This document shows, piece after piece, positions 56,901 to 64,000 of a stretch of 64,000 bases of DNA (positions within the stretch are counted from its first letter, which is position 1; each line of letters begins with the position of its first letter). Both the position numbers and the translations under genes were made by a program. The DNA lies in the NCBI RefSeq assembly GCF_963853765.1, contig NC_088860.1:10230001-10294000 (forward strand), written 5' to 3'. This stretch comes from Magallana gigas (lineage: Eukaryota). Below the pieces are notes generated by a model. It was not told where the DNA came from, ran no database searches, and was given only the letters and a program-made list of their open reading frames with translations.

Positions 56901-59900
56901 AAAGTTCGAAGGTCAATTGAGGACAAGTTATTGTCCTCACAAGAGACAACAAGGAAAAGGGCAGAGCATGAGGACCTGCTCCTCAAGAGGGAACAACTGT
57001 GTGCAGAAGTGACGTGGAGGACAGCCTCCGTCAACAAGATGAAGGACCAGGCAGATCAACTCCACAGGTCCAACCAAGAACAAGGTGGGGTTCTGTGACA
57101 TGCGTTAGTTCTGCCTCTGGAATTTGTAAAAAATTCGATAATATTTTTCTATATGTACCATTCATTTGTAGGCTTCAGTAACATTCACAATATGCTTTTC
57201 AGTAAAGATATGATTTTTGTGTTTTACACATTTGAAGTGTACACAGTTTTATGGAAAAAGTGCAAATTAAATCTTTGTTATCCAATTGATCTTTACAAAA
57301 TTGACATGATATGTTTTGGAATTATTGTTTGTTTATTTTTTGTTTTGTATTTTTTCATACAAAAATTTCCTATTTTCATTACCAGAAACAGCAATGAAAA
57401 AGAATAAAGAGAAATTGGAAGAGAAACAGAGAGAACAGGCAGAAAAGAAGAAGGATTATGACCAAACAAGGTATTCAAGTCTTCCATAGGAAGTATCTCT
57501 ATTTGTATCCTGGAAAGTTAAAACGAAACCTAAAAAATTGGTAATCTGTGATTTATTGGGAACAGAAGGATTTGAGCAGGTCAAATATGCCAAAGATGCA
57601 TTTTTCAATTTTGTCGATGAATTAACTAAACTCTCAATTACAATGTAAATACATGTACATTAGCAAGGGATTAATGACATAAAAGATAAAGGTTGAGTGA
57701 CTGAATAGTACAACATGTACTAGTGATTCCAATTAATCTATTTTTGAACTTCCTGGAATATTGTAAATCTACATGTAGTTCCATTATCATTAGTAGCTTA
57801 TTGTTGAACACACTCCCTCCCTTTTTACTTCATGTATAGAACTGGTAAATTGTGTAGAGTCAAATGGATGATGTATATCTGAAATAGAATTTTTTAACAA
57901 TTTGTAGCTCAAATCTGATTACCGGTACATGTGTAACTCTATTGAGTGTATGATTTATGAACATTTCTATTTTCAATATAGAGAAAAGCTAATTAAAGAG
58001 AGTGCTCAACTTTTCATCAGAAGGAAACAGCTGATCCGTGAATTAGCCACCTACATTTATCCAATTACTGAGGTTTTTATCTATATCCATTCAACACCAG
58101 TAATTTGACTGCACTATGAAATATTTTTTCTTTAATCATACTTCTTTCTGTTCGAATGTTCCAATAAATTAAGATGCTATAGCATGAAATAGATTCTTCA
58201 GTGAACAAACTTTTATTTGGAGTTACAGTCGGTATATGTATAAACTGGATTCATGTTCATTCATTACAGTAAAACCTGCTTATAAGGAACCTCTCTGGAT
58301 GTATCTTTTAATCGTAATGACACTAGACTTTGACCCGTGTGTGCAAGGGTTGAAATTGCATATGATATCAGACATTTAAGAAATAGATACATCGACACAC
58401 CATATATTGTTGACATTTGCATAACCAAGCTTTAAGCCTACAATAATGCTATTAATTTCGCTACACTTTGCTGAGTTGAAATAATCTAACTGTGTTACGG
58501 GAAAGGCCTTCACCACAGTTAAAATGCCTCCCATATACCCGTAATGTAGCAGAAAATTGGAGAAAATTAATAAAGTTGCGTTGAAAATAACAGTCAAATT
58601 GTTCATAACAAACTATTTTGAAGCTGTAAATACCTTTCTTCGAAAAGTCTCATTCTTTAATTGCAGGATTCAACATCTTTTCAACAATGTTTTTTACCCA
58701 CCATGTTGACATTCGAAACTCTCGGGATTTTTATAGTAAATGCACTTTGTTAGAGCTGTCTCCCTATTTCGTTTGATGAACAGAAAAATATTTCCAATGA
58801 AAATTTACAGGCATTTGTTTTATCGTTTCTGAGTTATCCATGCAAATGTGATATTGTGGAAACATCAAATAAAGAGCGTTCTGTGATTTAGCGTGAATGT
58901 AATGCGCATGCGCAAGATTGTAGATTCCCAAAAATTCAGATGATTTCCGTAAATTTTTGAGGAATTTTCATTAATTATTAATAAGCCAACTTTGATTGAG
59001 AAAAAAATGAAAACAAATTGGTACATGTAATCTTTAAGTACCAATGATGTTAAAAAAATATATAAAACAAAAGACAGTATTCTTCCGATTTATCGGTATT
59101 AAAGCCCAAAAAGTCGAGTCTATTATTTTAATATATTAGTATAGATGTTTAAATAAAATCATTTCCTTTCTGTCCTCTTCACTATGTTCCTTATAAGTAA
59201 GATTTATTGTATATGTACCGGCAAGTTTAATTAATTATTGTTAAATGTGAATGTGTGAAAATATGATATTAAGTGAGTTTACTTTTCTTAAATAAATCTT
59301 CAACCCTTTTCATTGTAGAAAAAAGGTCTATATTACATTGCGAATGTGTACTTGCCTAATTCAGAAGATTTCCAAGGTAAGTCTCAAACATCTTACAAAT
59401 TTTACATCTTAGTTTGTGATTGTATTTGAATCATATGATGTGATTAATGTTTCTGATTTGTTGTACGTGTGTATTGTTGTATGGATATTGTTTTAATTTG
59501 CTTGTTGTTGTATGTTGTTCTCCATTGTGAGAATGCATGCTCTGCAAAACTCTGAAGCCGACTGGCATCGCATTTTGCCTGCCTCGCACATTGCTTGTAT
59601 TTTGTATTTGTATACTACTGGGTATACTGATGTGTATAATGGCTCAAAGTTGAAATAAATATCCTGGTAATAATATTCCTATGTAGCTTGTAACATGAGA
59701 TCTGATTGGCTAATACTGAAAACCAACTTTTATTCTCATGCGAAAGATTTTCGCGAGATTCACGACAGCCTCAATGTCGTGAATATTTCTCGCCGCGAAC
59801 CAGTCCTCCAATGTCTTTGGTAATATTTTCTTCAGATAAATTAATCGCCGTGAACCAGTTTTTCTTCGGTAAATTGCAAAATAAAGTAGCCGCGAACAAA

Positions 59901-62900
59901 AGTTGGTTTACAGTAAGCCGGGTGTAAATTTCTGTACACATGACTTGAGCCGGAGGTAAATAACGTGACATCATAATGCATTAAATGTGATGTCACAATA
60001 CATTAAAGGGGCATGGTCACGATTTTGGTCAAATTTTATTTTTCTGTTTTTATTTTTTACAATGCTGTAGAAATGCATTCCTAATGATCAAATGAAATTT
60101 GGGTGCCAGTCGATGAGATTTAAGCAAGATACAGGGCTCACAACTGTTCGTCATGTAAACAAGGCTCGTGCCCTGTTTTTGTTTACATAGGTTTAATATA
60201 CCAATAAAAATTCTTTTTTAAGCTGATTCGTCTATTTTATTATTCATTTTTAAGCATAAATAAACAGTTCCTTACGATCAACACATTCACTGTAGGTCTA
60301 CAATGCACTGTGCACTTGGGTGTACTGTAGGCCTAAAACGGAAATTTTCACTTCAACATTCAAAATGTAAACAAAAGCTTTGTTTACATAGCGAAGAATT
60401 GTAGGCTCTGTAACTCGCTTATAACTCAACAAATGACAGTAAAATTTTGGTTGCCTATTGAAAATGCCTTACTGAAGCATCGTACACATTGAAATCGGAA
60501 AAATAATTTTTGACTAAAATCATGACCATGCCCCTCTAAATGTGTAAATGGTAAATCTTGAAAGTGTAATACACCCTTGATTGGGCATGAGAAAAGATTT
60601 ATTTGGTTTACATAGGAAATAAATTCATTATCCAGGTCTGATAATACTCTGATTTGCTTGTCTTACATGTATTATACATGTATATGATATATGTATGTTT
60701 CAGGCAAGGATGACAACATGATAGGAGTTTCCCTGGGCTACACCTGTCATCTGTTGTTGATGATTTCTGGTATTCTGGACATTCCACTCCGGTACAGCAT
60801 GACTCATCTAGTGTCCAAATCAGTCATCCGTGACGACATCCACAGCAGACTGGAAGACAAAGAAAGGGAGTAAGTAATTTGTGACAGTTTTTTGGGGCAG
60901 CTCCTTTAAACTGAATGTATAATGATGTTTTTCCTGATCAACCTTTCATTACCCAACATATCTTGATCAAAGGACTATCATGTGCAGTATAGTCAAATAT
61001 CTGCCCCTGATTTCAACCAATTTTTAAATAGTTTCGTATAAAAATCAAATCTTCACAAATCAATGTATAGAGGATGCCTATAACTTTAATCTTGATTTTA
61101 GTCATCATTGCTCACTCGCTGTTTATCTATGACGTCACCTAAATGACCTAATACCCGCAAATTTGCAAACAAATGAAGATATTATCATTTTTGCACTATA
61201 TTTTGCATTCGGAAGTATAGAGCGCAGGTCTGCTCAAGTGTGATTTTAACATATGTTTTTCTTCAGGTAGGTATACATATTACACTAAAAAATGGTACTT
61301 GAGCAAGCCTGCGCTCGATGTTTCCCAGTCGAAAAACCATCGGAAAACACCCATATTTTGCTACAAAACATCAATTTATCAAAATAATGCAATCTTCATG
61401 ACGTCATTTCTACATTATGACGTCACTGTGGTGATAACCTTTAACACCTTTATTTCCAATATGATTTTTTCTATCTTTCACCTTATTTTTGAAGCTCTTT
61501 CTAAAACTTTGATTTTGGGGGCAAAAAATGCATAAAACCGCACGTAGTCCTTTAAAGGCAACATTGATTATTTTAGACAAGACATGACAGTTTTGACTGA
61601 ATTGATGAATTCTTAGAAAATTTATAGGAATTGATTCATGGTCAGAAGCTCATGCCATGCCGGACTAGCCATGGAATTTTGATAATGACAATCTTCTAAA
61701 TTTGAATGTTATTGACATTTATAAACTTTTTAATAATCTTTTATTTATTGAATGTTGTCAGTTATGAAAACTTTTCTCTGTAGTTAAATGCTAAGTTCGA
61801 TGCATATTTAATGTTACCTATTTTAATACATGCATCTTTTTTATATAAATTTTCAGCTTCCCTTTATATTCCAAGGGCAAGGAACAAAATTTATTCCGAT
61901 ATGGAGTGTTCACCCTGAACAAAAATATCAGTCAGGTATCAGTAGACTCACTATAATAGCTGGATTCAAAAGCTGAAGTTTTGGCGCCAAGCATCAGAAA
62001 GATATGTGAAAAATATTCATTAAATTTTAGATGCGGTTTTATTTGGGGATGGGAACGGTGGACCTGAGAACCACTCTGATGAATATAAAGACGTTGCTGG
62101 AGAATAGACTAGGCTTGAAACCGTAAGTACCTATTCAGTCCACAGTTTACAGTATGCAACAGGTGGTGAAAAATCAAGTCTCAGTTGGGACTCGAACCCA
62201 ATGGCGCACCATGCCAGTGCTCTGACCACTTAGCTGAGACTGAATATATTGACGGACAGTCATGCATCTGTGAGAAGTAAAGCAAGACTCGGGGACTCCC
62301 AGTGGTTACATTTCAGATGGTTGGCAACCAGACCTAATAAGACATGCACAACCAAATGATCCAGATATAGTTTTGCTTCTAGCAACTTTAGATATAACAA
62401 GAATATATTTTTCAATTGCCTGTTACACAATTTATTTCTTATTTTTATTAAATTACGTTGAATAACCTGAAGTATTTTGAAGTTTCAAGGTATCCAGGTC
62501 TTAAGGAGAAGTCACCCTATGAATCATGTTTTAAACAACTCATTTTTTCTACAAACATTTTTAATATGCTTCATAATGTACATGTATAGCTAAATTCTCC
62601 CACTTTTGGTCAGAGCTTTTGTGGGGTTATCTTTTGATGTGGTCAGGTGGTCCGTTACATGTTATAGAAATATCTTGCATGTAATAAATAATTCTCTTTT
62701 GTTATAATACATAAAGCTAACACCTAATTGACCACAAATGTATTTCATTACTGGCAGTTAATATTATGTTGGAGACTATCATTTTATTTTTCTAAGATTT
62801 ATTGATGGTTATTTCCCTTTGATTACAGAGAGAGTCAGACTGCACAACTTCGTCCAGCGAGTGAACCGGGTGACAGACAATACAGTGACTTTGACAGAAC

Positions 62901-63318
62901 AGACACGCGAAGTTCCCTGGCGTCCTATGGTAGGATGGCAGTGGACTTCCGGAGGGAACTTTCTGTGCCGCCCACGGAAGAATCTTCTAGACAATCCTCG
63001 CCAAATCTTCACGAGGTGGAGGAAAAGGAGATTTTCCATCCAAGCAGTGATGACAATTTCTTCAAAATTTCAAACCCTGTGTCGGAGAGATTGGCAGATT
63101 TTGAGAGTGAAATCAATGGATGTGCACAGGACACAGTGAATTTTCATAAGCCTTCGGACAATCGCCAGCAGACTTGTTGGAACGGTGTAGGAAGCAATGA
63201 CTTTAATGCTGGTGATCAGCCTGAGGAAGACCATATATATGAAACTGTTAATGTCAGAAAGACAGCCAGTGAAAGTTTAGATAAATCACCGAGTCCATCA
63301 AATATTCTATCATCCTGA
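47905..63318 (+). CDS. UVRAG: UV radiation resistance-associated protein (PI3KC3-C2 subunit), 629 aa, 15 exons
   Basis: Exons 47905-47952, 51047-51167, 52224-52258, 53733-53796, 54251-54348, 55824-55916, 56241-56377, 56852-57084, 57386-57470, 57982-58072, 59319-59376, 60704-60869, 61857-61935, 62031-62122, 62829-63318; 1890 nt in frame. Motifs ELPSYQRRLRHL, EFYQSE, NPSWQS, coiled coil, YIYPI, LPNSEDF, LGYTCHL, IPLRY, FPLYSKG, YGVFTLNKNISQ, DLRTTL. Confidence 0.95.
48355..48815 (-). repeat. Diverged ~460-bp repeat, inverted partner of 45670-46135, in UVRAG intron 1
   Basis: Collinear similarity by eye to 45670-46135 on the opposite strand. Confidence 0.75.
50430..50503 (+). repeat. 34-bp perfect tandem duplication
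   Basis: aacaaaaattcctacattcattactgatacttgt at 50430 and 50464. Confidence 0.9.
52891..53100. mobile_element. TACTGT...ACAGTA MITE inserted in a degraded repeat
   Basis: Ends tactgtacac / gtaaacagta; ~210 bp. Confidence 0.55.
53797..54250 (+). other. Putative U12-type (minor spliceosome) GT-AG intron, UVRAG intron 4
   Basis: 5' site GTATCCTTT; branch-like CTTAAC at 54237-54242, about 10 nt before the AG; no polypyrimidine tract; flanking exons join in frame. Confidence 0.8.
54345..55620 (+). repeat. Degenerate ~24-bp minisatellite (ccaggtaatgYttacccatccacc) starting at the exon-5 donor
   Basis: About 1.3 kb; roughly 25 AGGTAAT cores counted by eye. Confidence 0.9.
59714..59915. mobile_element. 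TACTGT...ACAGTA MITE
   Basis: Ends tactgaaaaccaactttt / aaaagttggtttacagta. Confidence 0.75.
60007..60535. mobile_element. Non-autonomous Kolobok-like DNA transposon
   Basis: TIRs aggggcatggtcacgattttggtcaaa / tttgactaaaatcatgaccatgcccct; flanked by TTAA and CTAA (decayed TTAA). Confidence 0.75.
60971..61551. mobile_element. Second Kolobok-like non-autonomous element
   Basis: Short TIRs aggacta / tagtcct with further partial match; flanked by TCAA and TTAA. Confidence 0.55.
62150..62236 (-). mobile_element. tRNA-derived SINE fragment
   Basis: On the minus strand: cagctaagtgg A-box-like sequence and ggttcgagtcc B-box; no complete cloverleaf. Confidence 0.6.
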
Positions 63319-64000
63319 TGAGTGCTGAATGTTAGATGTGTGAAAATTATATACCTACTGTATACTCGATGATGAACTTACTCCTTTGGCCTCAACCCGC
63401 AAGTCTTTGCTTACTCAAAAAAGACACGTGATTTTAAATCTGAAAACTGACAGAAATGATTTCAAAACATGTCCAAATTGCTTTTCAGTGGAAAAACAAT
63501 TGGGTGAATTCATCCTTGTATACAGTAATTGTTTATTTGAAGAATCAAATTGTGCAATATAGTTATTAAATATTGAAATAATTAAAGAATATTTCAAAGT
63601 AATAAGGGACAGGTTTGATGTTTGACACAAGGACAGAAATGATATCAAAGTTAACTTTTTGTCATAAGGTATCCATTTGATAATTTGCATAATTATTATT
63701 TTTAAATTTAATTTCAATGTATGTAGTACATGTATTTATTTAATACAGATACCAATAGTTGCATCAACTTCAGGCAGAATGTCCTGACGATTCAGTTTTT
63801 AAAAGAAATGTCCTTACATTGACAAACTTGAAGGAAAGTGTGTATTTGAAGTTGAAATATTTTGAGCAAACTAAAACATGCATATATCATGTGGACTGAT
63901 CTTGAATAGAAAAGTCAATAAATGATCTAGAAATCTTTCAATTGACTGTAAAAAGTTAATAATGACTCTGTATTTACCTGATATGCTTTGTTAAACAAAA

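Noticed and set aside
62819-63139. 106-aa alternative-frame ORF in the last UVRAG exon
   Set aside because: It overlaps the true UVRAG frame, which is fixed by the phase-2 junction at 62122/62829.

Overview
AT-rich, intron-rich animal genomic DNA, most likely a bivalve mollusc (oyster-like; inferred from repeat types and gene structure, not proven). I reconstructed four spliced genes by reading splice sites and frames by hand. (1) GOT1, cytosolic aspartate aminotransferase, minus strand, 9 exons, 407 aa, 25357-32736. (2) PNP, trimeric-type purine nucleoside phosphorylase, plus strand, 6 exons, about 323 aa, 35284-39864. (3) An unrecognised ~123-aa gene, minus strand, 4 exons, 43075-47591. (4) UVRAG, plus strand, 15 exons, 629 aa, 47905-63318. 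The first ~25 kb has no gene I can support and is dominated by MITEs, Helentron-like satellite-carrying elements, tRNA-derived SINEs and minisatellites. Main highlights: the PNP naturally carries Asp at the position of human Asn243, the substitution known from mutagenesis to confer adenosine phosphorylase activity; UVRAG intron 4 looks like a GT-AG U12 (minor) intron; UVRAG shares a ~310-bp bidirectional promoter bearing ETS plus CLEAR/M-box motifs with the unknown gene; a minisatellite made of copies of a 5' splice site follows UVRAG exon 5; PNP has a vestigial duplicated exon 5; and an inverted pair of ~460-bp repeats flanks the bidirectional promoter. Comparisons with human proteins and exon sizes are from memory and need database confirmation.
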